Part shown: piece after piece, positions 26,325 to 40,000 of the stretch | Layout of the letters: each line of letters starts with the position of its first letter | How positions within the stretch are numbered: the first letter of the stretch is position 1 | Assembly: GCA_964057225.1 (NCBI GenBank) | Contig: OZ059897.1 | Coordinates: forward strand, 18,414,001-18,478,000 | DNA: 64,000 nt | Source: Auanema rhodensis | Taxonomy: Eukaryota > Animalia > Nematoda | Direction: 5' to 3' | The notes under the pieces: generated by a model | Database searches by the model: none | Seen by the model: the letters and a program-made list of their open reading frames with translations, nothing else | What the model was told of the DNA's origin: nothing | Position numbers and translations under genes: made by a program

Positions 26325-29300
26325 TGCACTTTACTACATTGAGAAACGCTTGATACAAAAATTAGTTATGATCGTTTGAAAAATGATGCATTAGTGTATG
26401 TTGAGTTTCCATGTACACTCAACATTGCTTCCAAAAACATTTTGACAAAAATTTTTTCGAAAAATTTCAAAATAATTTAGCAAAAAGTAGATGTTTTTAG
26501 ATTCCATTTTTCAAGGCAAAGACGATGGACAATGTTATTCAACGAAAAAATTAATTCTTCAGGGTGAAAATCGAGGATATAAGTGTGAACTTATATCAGT
26601 TGATATCTCGGTGCATTTTTAAGCTAGCGCAAATCTGATAACACAGATCGACGCAGCTTAAAAATCCGCATCGAATGCACTATACTACATTAAGAATCGC
26701 TTGATACAAAAATTAGTTATGATCGTTTGAAAAATGATGCATTAGTGTATGTTGAGTTTCCATGTACACTCAACATTGCTTCCAAAAACATTTTGACAAA
26801 AATTTTTTCGAAAAATTTCAAAAAAATTTAGCAAAAAATAGATGTTTTTAGATTCCATTTTTCAAGGCAAAGACGATGGACAATGTTATTCAACGAAAAA
26901 ATTAATTCTTCAGGGTGAAAATCGAGGATATAAGTGTGAACTTATATCAGTTGATATCTCGGTGCATTTTTAAGCTAGCGCAAATCTGATAACACAGATC
27001 GACGCAGCTTAAAAATCCGCATCGAATGCACTATACTACATTAAGAAACGCTTGATACAAAAATTAGTTATGATCGTTTGAAAAATGATGCATTAGTGTA
27101 TGTTGAGTTTCCATGTACACTCAACATTGCTTCCAAAAACATTTTGACAAAAATTTTTTCGAAAAATTTCAAAATAATTTAGCAAAAAGTAGATGTTTTT
27201 AGATTCCATTTTTCAAGGCAAAGACGATGGACAATGTTATTCAACGAAAAATATAATTCTTCAGGGTGAAAATCGAGGATATAAGTGTGAACCTATATCA
27301 GTTGATATCTCGGTGCATTTTTAAGCTAGCGCAAATCTGATAACACAGATCGACGCAGCTTAAAAATCCGCATCGAATGCACTTTACTACATTGAGAAAC
27401 GCTTGATACAAAAATTAGTTATGATCGTTTGAAAAATGATGCATTAGTGTATGTTGAGTTTCCATGTACACTCAACATTGCTTCCAAAAACATTTTGACA
27501 AAAATTTTTTCGAAAAATTTCAAAATAATTTAGCAAAAAGTAGATGTTTTTAGATTCCATTTTTCAAGGCAAAGACGATGGACAATGTTATTCAACGAAA
27601 AAATTAATTCTTCAGGGTGAAAATCGAGGATATAAGTGTGAACTTATATCAGTTGATATCTCGGTGCATTTTTAAGCTAGCGCAAATCTGATAACACAGA
27701 TCGACGCAGCTTAAAAATCCGCATCGAATGCACTATACTACATTAAGAATCGCTTGATACAAAAATTAGTTATGATCGTTTGAAAAATGATGCATTAGTG
27801 TATGTTGAGTTTCCATGTACACTCAACATTGCTTCCAAAAACATTTTGACAAAAATTTTTTCGAAAAATTTCAAAAAAATTTAGCAAAAAATAAATGTTT
27901 TTAGATTCCATTTTTCAAGGCAAAGACGATGGACAATGTTATTCAACGAAAAAATTAATTCTTCAGGGTGAAAATCGAGGATATAAGTGTGAACTTATAT
28001 CAGTTGATATCTCGGTGCATTTTTAAGCTAGCGCAAATCTGATAACACAGATCGACGCAGCTTAAAAATCCGCATCGAATGCACTATACTACATTAAGAA
28101 ACGCTTGATACAAAAATTAGTTATGATCGTTTGAAAAATGATGCATTAGTGTATGTTGAGTTTCCATGTACAATCAACATTGCTTCCAAAAACATTTTGA
28201 CAAAAATTTTTTCGAAAAATTTCAAAATAATTTAGCAAAAAGTAGATGTTTTTAGATTCCATTTTTCAAGGCAAAGACGATGGACAATGTTATTCAACGA
28301 AAAATTAATTCTTCAGGGTGAAAATCGAGGATATAAGTGTGAACCTATATCAGTTGATATCTCGGTGCATTTTTAAGCTAGCGCAAATCTGATAACACAG
28401 ATCGACGCAGCTTAAAAATCCGCATCGAATGCACTATACTACATTGAGAAACGCTTAATACAAAAATTAGTTATGATCGTTTGAAAAATGATGCATTAGT
28501 GTATGTTGAGTTTCCATGTACACTCAACATTGCTTCCAAAAACATTTTGACAAAAATTTTTTCGAAAAATTTCAAAATAATTTAGCAAAAAGTAGATGTT
28601 TTTAGATTCCTTTTTTCAAGGCAAAGACGATGGACAATGTTATTCAACGAAAAAATTAATTCTTCAGGGTGAAAATCGAGGATATAAGTGTGAACTTATA
28701 TCAGTTGATATCTCGGTGCATTTTTAAGCTAGCGCAAATCTGATAACACAGATCAACGCAGCTTAAAAATCCGCATCGAATGCACTATACTACATTAAGA
28801 ATCGCTTGATACAAAAATTAGTTATGATCGTTTGAAAAATGATGCATTAGTGTATGTTGAGTTTCCATGTACACTCAACATTGCTTCCAAAAACATTTTG
28901 ACAAAAATTTTTTCGAAAAATTTCAAAATAATTTAGCAAAAAGTAGATGTTTTTAGATTCCTTTTTTCAAGGCAAAGACGATGGACAATGTTATTCAACG
29001 AAAAAATTAATTCTTCAGGGTGAAAATCGAGGATATAAGTGTGAACTTATATCAGTTGATATCTCGGTGCATTTTTAAGCTAGCGCAAATCTGATAACAC
29101 AGATCGACGCAGCTTAAAAATCCGCATCGAATGCACTATACTACATTGAGAAACGCTTAATACAAAAATTAGTTATGATCGTTTGAAAAATGATGCATTA
29201 GTGTATGTTGAGTTTCCATGTACACTCAACATTGCTTCCAAAAACATTTTGACAAAAATTTTTTCGAAAAATTTCAAAATAATTTAGCAAAAAGTAGATG

Positions 29301-32300
29301 TTTTTAGATTCCTTTTTTCAAGGCAAAGACGATGGACAATGTTATTCAACGAAAAAATTAATTCTTCAGGGTGAAAATCGAGGATATAAGTGTGAACTTA
29401 TATCAGTTGATATCTCGGTGCATTTTTAAGCTAGCGCAAATCTGATAACACAGATCGACGCAGCTTAAAAATCCGCATCGAATGCACTATACTACATTAA
29501 GAATCGCTTGATACAAAAATTAGTTATGATCGTTTGAAAAATGATGCATTAGTGTATGTTGAGTTTCCATGTACACTCAACATTGCTTCCAAAAACATTT
29601 TGACAAAAATTTTTTCGAAAAATTTCAAAATAATTTAGCAAAAAGTAGATGTTTTTAGATTCCTTTTTTCAAGGCAAAGACGATGGACAATGTTATTCAA
29701 CGAAAAAATTAATTCTTCAGGGTGAAAATCGAGGATATAAGTGTGAACTTATATCAGTTGATATCTCGGTGCATTTTTAAGCTAGCGCAAATCTGATAAC
29801 ACAGATCGACGCAGCTTAACAATCCGCATCGAATGCACTATACTACATTAAGAATCGCTTGATACAAAAATTAGTTATGATCGTTTGAAAAATGATGCAT
29901 TAGTGTATGTTGAGTTTCCATGTACACTCAACATTGCTTCCAAAAACATTTTGACAAAAATTTTTTCGAAAAATTTCAAAATAATTTAGCAAAAAGTAGA
30001 TGTTTTTAGATTCCTTTTTTCAAGGCAAAGACGATGGACAATGTTATTCAACGAAAAAATTAATTCTTCAGGGTGAAAATCGAGGATATAAGTGTGAACT
30101 TATATCAGTTGATATCTCGGTGCATTTTTAAGCTAGCGCAAATCTGATAACACAGATCGACGCAGCTTAAAAATCCGCATCGAATGCACTATACTACATT
30201 GAGAAACGCTTAATACAAAAATTAGTTATGATCGTTTGAAAAATGATGCATTAGTGTATGTTGAGTTTCCATGTACACTCAACATTGCTTCCAAAAACAT
30301 TTTGACAAAAATTTTTTCGAAAAATTTCAAAATAATTTAGCAAAAAGTAGATGTTTTTAGATTCCTTTTTTCAAGGCAAAGACGATGGACAATGTTATTC
30401 AACGAAAAAATTAATTCTTCAGGGTGAAAATCGAGGATATAAGTGTGAACTTATATCAGTTGATATCTCGGTGCATTTTTAAGCTAGCGCAAATCTGATA
30501 ACACAGATCGACGCAGCTTAAAAATCCGCATCGAATGCACTATACTACATTAAGAATCGCTTGATACAAAAATTAGTTATGATCGTTTGAAAAATGATGC
30601 ATTAGTGTATGTTGAGTTTCCATGTACACTCAACATTGCTTCCAAAAACATTTTGACAAAAATTTTTTCGAAAAATTTCAAAATAATTTAGCAAAAAGTA
30701 GATGTTTTTAGATTCCTTTTTTCAAGGCAAAGACGATGGACAATGTTATTCAACGAAAAAATTAATTCTTCAGGGTGAAAATCGAGGATATAAGTGTGAA
30801 CTTATATCAGTTGATATCTCGGTGCATTTTTAAGCTAGCGCAAATCTGATAACACAGATCGACGCAGCTTAAAAATCCGCATCGAATGCACTATACTACA
30901 TTAAGAATCGCTTGATACAAAAATTAGTTATGATCGTTTGAAAAATGATGCATTAGTGTATGTTGAGTTTCCATGTACACTCAACATTGCTTCCAAAAAC
31001 ATTTTGACAAAAATTTTTTCGAAAAATTTCAAAATAATTTAGCAAAAAGTAGATGTTTTTAGATTCCTTTTTTCAAGGCAAAGACGATGGACAATGTTAT
31101 TCAACGAAAAAATTATTTCTTCAGGGTGAAAATCGAGGATATAAGTGTGAACTTATATCAGTTGATATCTCGGTGCATTTTTAAGCTAGCGCAAATCTGA
31201 TAACACAGATCGACGCAGCTTAAAAATCCGGATCGAATGCACTATACTACATTAAGAAACGCTTGATACAAAAATTAGTTATGATCGTTTGAAAAATGAT
31301 GCATTAGTGTATGTTGAGTTTCCATGTACACTCAACATTGCTTCCAAAAACATTTTGACAAAAATTTTTTCGAAAAATTTCAAAATAATTTAGCAAAAAG
31401 TAGATGTTTTTGGATTCCTTTTTTCAAGGCAAAGACGATGGACAATGTTATTCAACGAAAAAATTAATTCTTCAGGGTGAAAATCGAGGATATAAGTGTG
31501 AACTTATATCAGTTGATATCTCGGTGCATTTTTAAGCTAGCGCAAATCTGATAACACAGATCGACGCAGCTTAAAAATCCGCATCGAATGCACTATACTA
31601 CATTGAGAAACGCTTAATACAAAAATTAGTTATGATCGTTTGAAAAATGATGCATTAGTGTATGTTGAGTTTCCATGTACACTCAACATTGCTTCCAAAA
31701 ACATTTTGACAAAAATTTTTTCGAAAAATTTCATAATAATTTAGCAAAAAGTAGATGTTTTTAGATTCCTTTTTTCAAGGCAAAGACGATGGACAATGTT
31801 ATTCAACGAAAAAATTATTTCTTCAGGGTGAAAATCGAGGATATAAGTGTGAACTTATATCAGTTGATATCTCGGTGCATTTTTAAGCTAGCGCAAATCT
31901 GATAACACAGATCGACGCAGCTTAAAAATCCGGATCGAATGCACTATACTACATTAAGAAACGCTTGATACAAAAATTAGTTATGATCGTTTGAAAAATG
32001 ATGCATTAGTGTATGTTGAGTTTCCATGTACACTCAACATTGCTTCCAAAAACATTTTGACAAAAATTTTTTCGAAAAATTTCAAAATAATTTAGCAAAA
32101 AGTAGATGTTTTTAGATTCCATTTTTCAAGGCAAAGACGATGGACAATGTTATTCAACGAAAAAATTAATTCTTCAGGGTGAAAATCGAGGATATAAGTG
32201 TGAACTTATATCAGTTGATATCTCGGTGCATTTTTAAGCTAGCGCAAATCTGATAACACAGATCGACGCAGCTTAAAAATCCGCATCGAATGCACTATAC

Positions 32301-34045
32301 TACATTGAGAAACGCTTAATACAAAAATTAGTTATGATCGTTTGAAAAATGATGCATTAGTGTATGTTGAGTTTCCATGTACACTCAACATTGCTTCCAA
32401 AAACATTTTGACAAAAATTTTTTCGAAAAATTTCATAATAATTTAGCAAAAAGTAGATGTTTTTAGATTCCTTTTTTCAAGGCAAAGACGATGGACAATG
32501 TTATTCAACGAAAAAATTATTTCTTCAGGGTGAAAATCGAGGATATAAGTGTGAACTTATATCAGTTGATATCTCGGTGCATTTTTAAGCTAGCGCAAAT
32601 CTGATAACACAGATCGACGCAGCTTAAAAATCCGGATCGAATGCACTATACTACATTAAGAAACGCTTGATACAAAAATTAGTTATGATCGTTTGAAAAA
32701 TGATGCATTAGTGTATGTTGAGTTTCCATGTACACTCAACATTGCTTCCAAAAACATTTTGACAAAAATTTTTTCGAAAAATTTCAAAATAATTTAGCAA
32801 AAAGTAGATGTTTTTAGATTCCATTTTTCAAGGCAAAGACGATGGACAATGTTATTCAACGAAAAAATTAATTCTTCAGGGTGAAAATCGAGGATATAAG
32901 TGTGAACTTATATCAGTTGATATCTCGGTGCATTTTTAAGCTAGCGCAAATCTGATAACACAGATCGACGCAGCTTAAAAATCCGCATCGAATGCACTAT
33001 ACTACATTGAGAAACACTTGATACAAAAATTAGTTATGATCGTTTGAAAAATGATGCATTAGTGTATGTTGAGTTTCCATGTACACTCAACATTGCTTCC
33101 AAAAACATTTTGACAAAAATTTTTTCGAAAAATTTCAAAATAATTTAGCAAAAAGTAGATGTTTTAAGATTCCATTTTTCAAGGCAAAGACAATGGACAA
33201 TGTTATTCAACGAAAAAATTAATTCTTCAGGGTGAAAATCGAGGATATAAGTGTGAACTTATATCAGTTGATATCTCGGTGCATTTTTAAGCTAGCGCAA
33301 ATCTGATAACACAGATCGACGCAGCTTAAAAATCCGCATCGAATGCACTATACTACATTGAGAAACGCTTAATACAAAAATTAGTTATGATCGTTTGAAA
33401 AATGATGCATTAGTGTATGTTGAGTTTCCATGTACACTCAACATTGCTTCCAAAAACATTTTGACAAAAACTTTTTCGAAAAATTTCAAAATAATTTAGC
33501 AAAAAGTAGATGTTTTTAGATTCCTTTTTTCAAGGCAAAGACGATGGACAATGTTATTCAACGAAAAAATTAATTCTTCAGGGTGAAAATCGAGGATATA
33601 AGTGTGAACCTATATCAGTTGATATCTCGGTGCATTTTTAAGCTAGCGCAAATCTGATAACACAGATCGACGCAGCTTAAAAATCCGCATCGAATGCACT
33701 ATACTACATTGAGAAACGCTTAATACAAAAATTAGTTATGATCGTTTGAAAAATGATGCATTAGTGTATGTTGAGTTTCCATGTACACTCAACATTGCTT
33801 CCAAAAACATTTTGACAAAAATTTTTTCGAAAAATTTCAAAATAATTTAGCAAAAAGTAGATGTTTTTAGATTCCATTTTTCAAGGCAAAGACGATGGAC
33901 AATGTTATTCAACGAAAAAATCAATTCTTCAGGGTGAAAATCGAGGATATAAGTGTGAACTTATATCAGTTGATATCTCGGTGCATTTTTAAGCTAGCGC
34001 AAATCTGATAACACAGATCGACGCAGCTTAAAAATCCGCATCGAA

Positions 34046-37000
34046 TGCACTATACTACATTGAGAAACGCTTAATACAAAAATTAGTTATGATCGTTTGA
34101 AAAATGATGCATTAGTGTATGTTGAGTTTCCATGTACACTCAACATTGCTTCCAAAAACATTTTGACATAAATTTTTTCGAAAAATTTCAAAATAATTTA
34201 GCAAAAAGTAGATGTTTTTAGATTCCATTTTTCAAGGCAAAGACGATGGACAATGTTATTCAACGAAAAAATTAATTCTTCAGGGTGAAAATCGAGGATA
34301 TAAGTGTGAACTTATATCAGTTGATATCTCGGTGCATTTTTAAGCTAGCGCAAATCTGATAACACAGATCGACGCAGCTTAAAAATCCGCATCGAATGCA
34401 CTATACTACATTGAGAAACGCTTAATACAAAAATTAGTTATGATCGTTTGAAAAATGATGCATTAGTGTATGTTGAGTTTCCATGTACACTCAACATTGC
34501 TTCCAAAAACATTTTGACATAAATTTTTTCGAAAAATTTCAAAATAATTTAGCAAAAAGTAGATGTTCTTAGATTCCATTTTTCAAGGCAAAGACGATGG
34601 ACAATGTTATTCAACGAAAAAATTAATTCTTCAGGGTGAAAATCGAGGATATAAGTGTGAACTTATATCAGTTGATATCTCGGTGCATTTTTAAGCTAGC
34701 GCAAATCTGATAACACAGATCGACGCAGCTTAAAAATCCGCATCGAATGCACTATACTACATTAAGAAACGCTTGATACAAAAATTAGTTATGATCGTTT
34801 GAAAAATGATGCATTAGTGTATGTTGAGTTTCCATGTACACTCAACATTGCTTCCAAAAACATTTTGACATAAATTTTTTCGAAAAATTTCAAAATAATT
34901 TAGCGAAAAGTAGATGTTTTTAGATTCCATTTTTCAAGGCAAAGACGATGGACAATGTTATTCAACGAAAAAATTAATTCTTCAGGGTGAAAATCGAGGA
35001 TATAAGTGTGAACTTATATCAGTTGATATCTCGGTGCATTTTTAAGCTAGCGCAAATCTGATAACACAGATCGACGCAGCTTAAAAATCCGCATCGAATG
35101 CACTATACTACATTGAGAAACGCTTAATACAAAAATTAGTTATGATCGTTTGAAAAATGATGCATTAGTGTATGTTGAGTTTCCATGTACACTCAACATT
35201 GCTTCCAAAAACATTTTGACATAAATTTTTTCGAAAAATTTCAAAATAATTTAGCAAAAAGTAGATGTTTTTAGATTCCATTTTTCAAGGCAAAGACGAT
35301 GGACAATGTTATTCAACGAAAAAATTAATTCTTCAGGGTGAAAATCGAGGATATAAGTGTGAACTTATATCAGTTGATATCTCGGTGCATTTTTAAGCTA
35401 GCGCAAATCTGATAACACAGATCGACGCAGCTTAAAAATCCGCATCGAATGCACTATACTACATTGAGAAACGCTTAATACAAAAATTAGTTATGATCGT
35501 TTGAAAAATGATGCATTAGTGTATGTTGAGTTTCCATGTACACTCAACATTGCTTCCAAAAACATTTTGACATAAATTTTTTCGAAAAATTTCAAAATAA
35601 TTTAGCAAAAAGTAGATGTTCTTAGATTCCATTTTTCAAGGCAAAGACGATGGACAATGTTATTCAACGAAAAAATTAATTCTTCAGGGTGAAAATCGAG
35701 GATATAAGTGTGAACTTATATCAGTTGATATCTCGGTGCATTTTTAAGCTAGCGCAAATCTGATAACACAGATCGACGCAGCTTAAAAATCCGCATCGAA
35801 TGCACTATACTACATTAAGAAACGCTTGATACAAAAATTAGTTATGATCGTTTGAAAAATGATGCATTAGTGTATGTTGAGTTTCCATGTACACTCAACA
35901 TTGCTTCCAAAAACATTTTGACATAAATTTTTTCGAAAAATTTCAAAATAATTTAGCGAAAAGTAGATGTTTTTAGATTCCATTTTTCAAGGCAAAGACG
36001 ATGGACAATGTTATTCAATGAAAAAATTAATTCTTCAGGGTGAAAATCGAGGATATAAGTGTGAACTTATATCAGTTGATATCTCGGTGCATTTTTAAGC
36101 TAGCGCAAATCTGATAACACAGATCGACGCAGCTTAAAAATCCGCATCGAATGCACTATACTACATTGAGAAACGCTTAATACAAAAATTAGTTATGATC
36201 GTTTGAAAAATGATGCATTAGTGTATGTTGAGTTTCCATGTACACTCAACATTGCTTCCAAAAACATTTTGACATAAATTTTTTCGAAAAATTTCAAAAT
36301 AATTTAGCAAAAAGTAGATGTTTTTAGATTCCATTTTTCAAGGCAAAGACGATGGACAATGTTATTCAACGAAAAAATTAATTCTTCAGGGTGAAAATCG
36401 AGGATATAAGTGTGAACTTATATCAGTTGATATCTCGGTGCATTTTTAAGCTAGCGCAAATCTGATAACACAGATCGACGCAGCTTAAAAATCCGCATCG
36501 AATGCACTATACTACATTGAGAAACGCTTAATACAAAAATTAGTTATGATCGTTTGAAAAATGATGCATTAGTGTATGTTGAGTTTCCATGTACACTCAA
36601 CATTGCTTCCAAAAACATTTTGACATAAATTTTTTCGAAAAATTTCAAAATAATTTAGCAAAAAGTAGATGTTTTTAGATTCCATTTTTCAAGGCAAAGA
36701 CGATGGACAATGTTATTCAACGAAAAAATTAATTCTTCAGGGTGAAAATCGAGGATATAAGTGTGAACTTATATCAGTTGATATCTCGGTGCATTTTTAA
36801 GCTAGCGCAAATCTGATAACACAGATCGACGCAGCTTAAAAATCCGCATCGAATGCACTATACTACATTAAGAAACGCTTGATACAAAAATTAGTTATGA
36901 TCGTTTGAAAAATGATGCATTAGTGTATGTTGAGTTTCCATGTACACTCAACATTGCTTCCAAAAACATTTTGACATAAATTTTTTCGAAAAATTTCAAA

Positions 37001-40000
37001 ATAATTTAGCAAAAAGTAGATGTTTTTAGATTCCATTTTTCAAGGCAAAGACGATGGACAATGTTATTCAACGAAAAAATTAATTCTTCAGGGTGAAAAT
37101 CGAGGATATAAGTGTGAACTTATATCAGTTGATATCTCGGTGCATTTTTAAGCTAGCGCAAATCTGATGACACAGATCGACGCAGCTTAAAAATCCGGAT
37201 CGAATGCACTATACTACATTAAGAAACGCTTGATACAAAAATTAGTTATGATCGTTTGAAAAATGATGCATTAGTGTATGTTGAGTTTCCATGTACACTC
37301 AACATTGCTTCCAAAAACATTTTGACAAAAATTTTTTCGAAAAATTTCAAAATAATTTAGCAAAAAGTAGATGTTTTTGGATTCCTTTTTCCAAGGCAAA
37401 GACGATGGACAATGTTATTCAACGAAAAAATTAATTCTTCAGGGTGAAAATCGAGGATATAAGTGTGAACTTATATCAGTTGATATCTCGGTGCATTTTT
37501 AAGCTAGCGCAAATCTGATAACACAGATCGACGCAGCTTAAAAATCCGCATCGAATGCACTATACTACATTGAGAAACGCTTAATACAAAAATTAGTTAT
37601 GATCGTTTGAAAAATGATGCATTAGTGTATGTTGAGTTTCCATGTACACTCAACATTGCTTCCAAAAACATTTTGACAAAAATTTTTTCGAAAAATTTCA
37701 TAATAATTTAGCAAAAAGTAGATGTTTTTAGATTCCTTTTTTCAAGGCAAAGACGATGGACAATGTTATTCAACGAAAAAATTATTTCTTCAGGGTGAAA
37801 ATCGAGGGTATAAGTGTGAACTTATATCAGTTGATATCTCGGTGCATTTTTAAGCTAGCGCAAATCTGATAACACAGATCGACGCAGCTTAAAAATCCGG
37901 ATCGAATGCACTATACTACATTAAGAAACGCTTGATACAAAAATTAGTTATGATCGTTTGAAAAATGATGCATTAGTGTATGTTGAGTTTCCATGTACAC
38001 TCAACATTGCTTCCAAAAACATTTTGACAAAAATTTTTTCGAAAAATTTCAAAATAATTTAGCAAAAAGTAGATGTTTTTAGATTCCATTTTTCAAGGCA
38101 AAGACGATGGACAATGTTATTCAACGAAAAAATTAATTCTTCAGGGTGAAAATCGAGGATATAAGTGTGAACTTATATCAGTTGATATCTCGGTGCATTT
38201 TTAAGCTAGCGCAAATCTGATAACACAGATCGACGCAGCTTAAAAATCCGCATCGAATGCACTATACTACATTGAGAAACACTTGATACAAAAATTAGTT
38301 ATGATCGTTTGAAAAATGATGCATTAGTGTATGTTGAGTTTCCATGTACACTCAACATTGCTTCCAAAAACATTTTGACAAAAATTTTTTCGAAAAATTT
38401 CAAAATAATTTAGCAAAAAGTAGATGTTTTAAGATTCCATTTTTCAAGGCAAAGACGATGGACAATGTTATTCAACGAAAAAATTAATTCTTCAGGGTGA
38501 AAATCGAGGATATAAGTGTGAACTTATATCAGTTGATATCTCGGTGCATTTTTAAGCTAGCGCAAATCTGATAACACAGATCGACGCAGCTTAAAAATCC
38601 GCATCGAATGCACTATACTACATTGAGAAACGCTTAATACAAAAATTAGTTATGATCGTTTGAAAAATGATGCATTAGTGTATGTTGAGTTTCCATGTAC
38701 ACTCAACATTGCTTCCAAAAACATTTTGACAAAAACTTTTTCGAAAAATTTCAAAATAATTTAGCAAAAAGTAGATGTTTTTAGATTCCTTTTTTCAAGG
38801 CAAAGACGATGGACAATGTTATTCAACGAAAAAATTAATTCTTCAGGGTGAAAATCGAGGATATAAGTGTGAACCTATATCAGTTGATATCTCGGTGCAT
38901 TTTTAAGCTAGCGCAAATCTGATAACACAGATCGACGCAGCTTAAAAATCCGCATCGAATGCACTATACTACATTGAGAAACGCTTAATACAAAAATTAG
39001 TTATGATCGTTTGAAAAATGATGCATTAGTGTATGTTGAGTTTCCATGTACACTCAACATTGCTTCCAAAAACATTTTGACAAAAATTTTTTCGAAAAAT
39101 TTCAAAATAATTTAGCAAAAAGTAGATGTTTTTAGATTCCATTTTTCAAGGCAAAGACGATGGACAATGTTATTCAACGAAAAAATCAATTCTTCAGGGT
39201 GAAAATCGAGGATATAAGTGTGAACTTATATCAGTTGATATCTCGGTGCATTTTTAAGCTAGCGCAAATCTGATAACACAGATCGACGCAGCTTAAAAAT
39301 CCGCATCGAATGCACTATACTACATTGAGAAACGCTTAATACAAAAATTAGTTATGATCGTTTGAAAAATGATGCATTAGTGTATGTTGAGTTTCCATGT
39401 ACACTCAACATTGCTTCCAAAAACATTTTGACATAAATTTTTTCGAAAAATTTCAAAATAATTTAGCAAAAAGTAGATGTTTTTAGATTCCATTTTTCAA
39501 GGCAAAGACGATGGACAATGTTATTCAACGAAAAAATTAATTCTTCAGGGTGAAAATCGAGGATATAAGTGTGAACTTATATCAGTTGATATCTCGGTGC
39601 ATTTTTAAGCTAGCGCAAATCTGATAACACAGATCGACGCAGCTTAAAAATCCGCATCGAATGCACTATACTACATTGAGAAACGCTTAATACAAAAATT
39701 AGTTATGATCGTTTGAAAAATGATGCATTAGTGTATGTTGAGTTTCCATGTACACTCAACATTGCTTCCAAAAACATTTTGACATAAATTTTTTCGAAAA
39801 ATTTCAAAATAATTTAGCAAAAAGTAGATGTTCTTAGATTCCATTTTTCAAGGCAAAGACGATGGACAATGTTATTCAACGAAAAAATTAATTCTTCAGG
39901 GTGAAAATCGAGGATATAAGTGTGAACTTATATCAGTTGATATCTCGGTGCATTTTTAAGCTAGCGCAAATCTGATAACACAGATCGACGCAGCTTAAAA

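Larger units (their letters stand above)
1..28429. repeat. Variant domain I (copies 1-81): m7T monomers, m149A+m163A, m94A, m203A, m59T
   Basis: The TGCACTTTAC head is last seen at 27378, the CAAAAAAATTTAGCAAAAAAT form last in copy 80, and m94A last in copy 81. None were seen downstream. Confidence 0.85.

Noticed and set aside
37164-37170. CTGATGA hammerhead core motif on the plus strand
   Set aside because: It is a singleton variant of consensus CTGATAA, with no compatible stem II/GAAA downstream.
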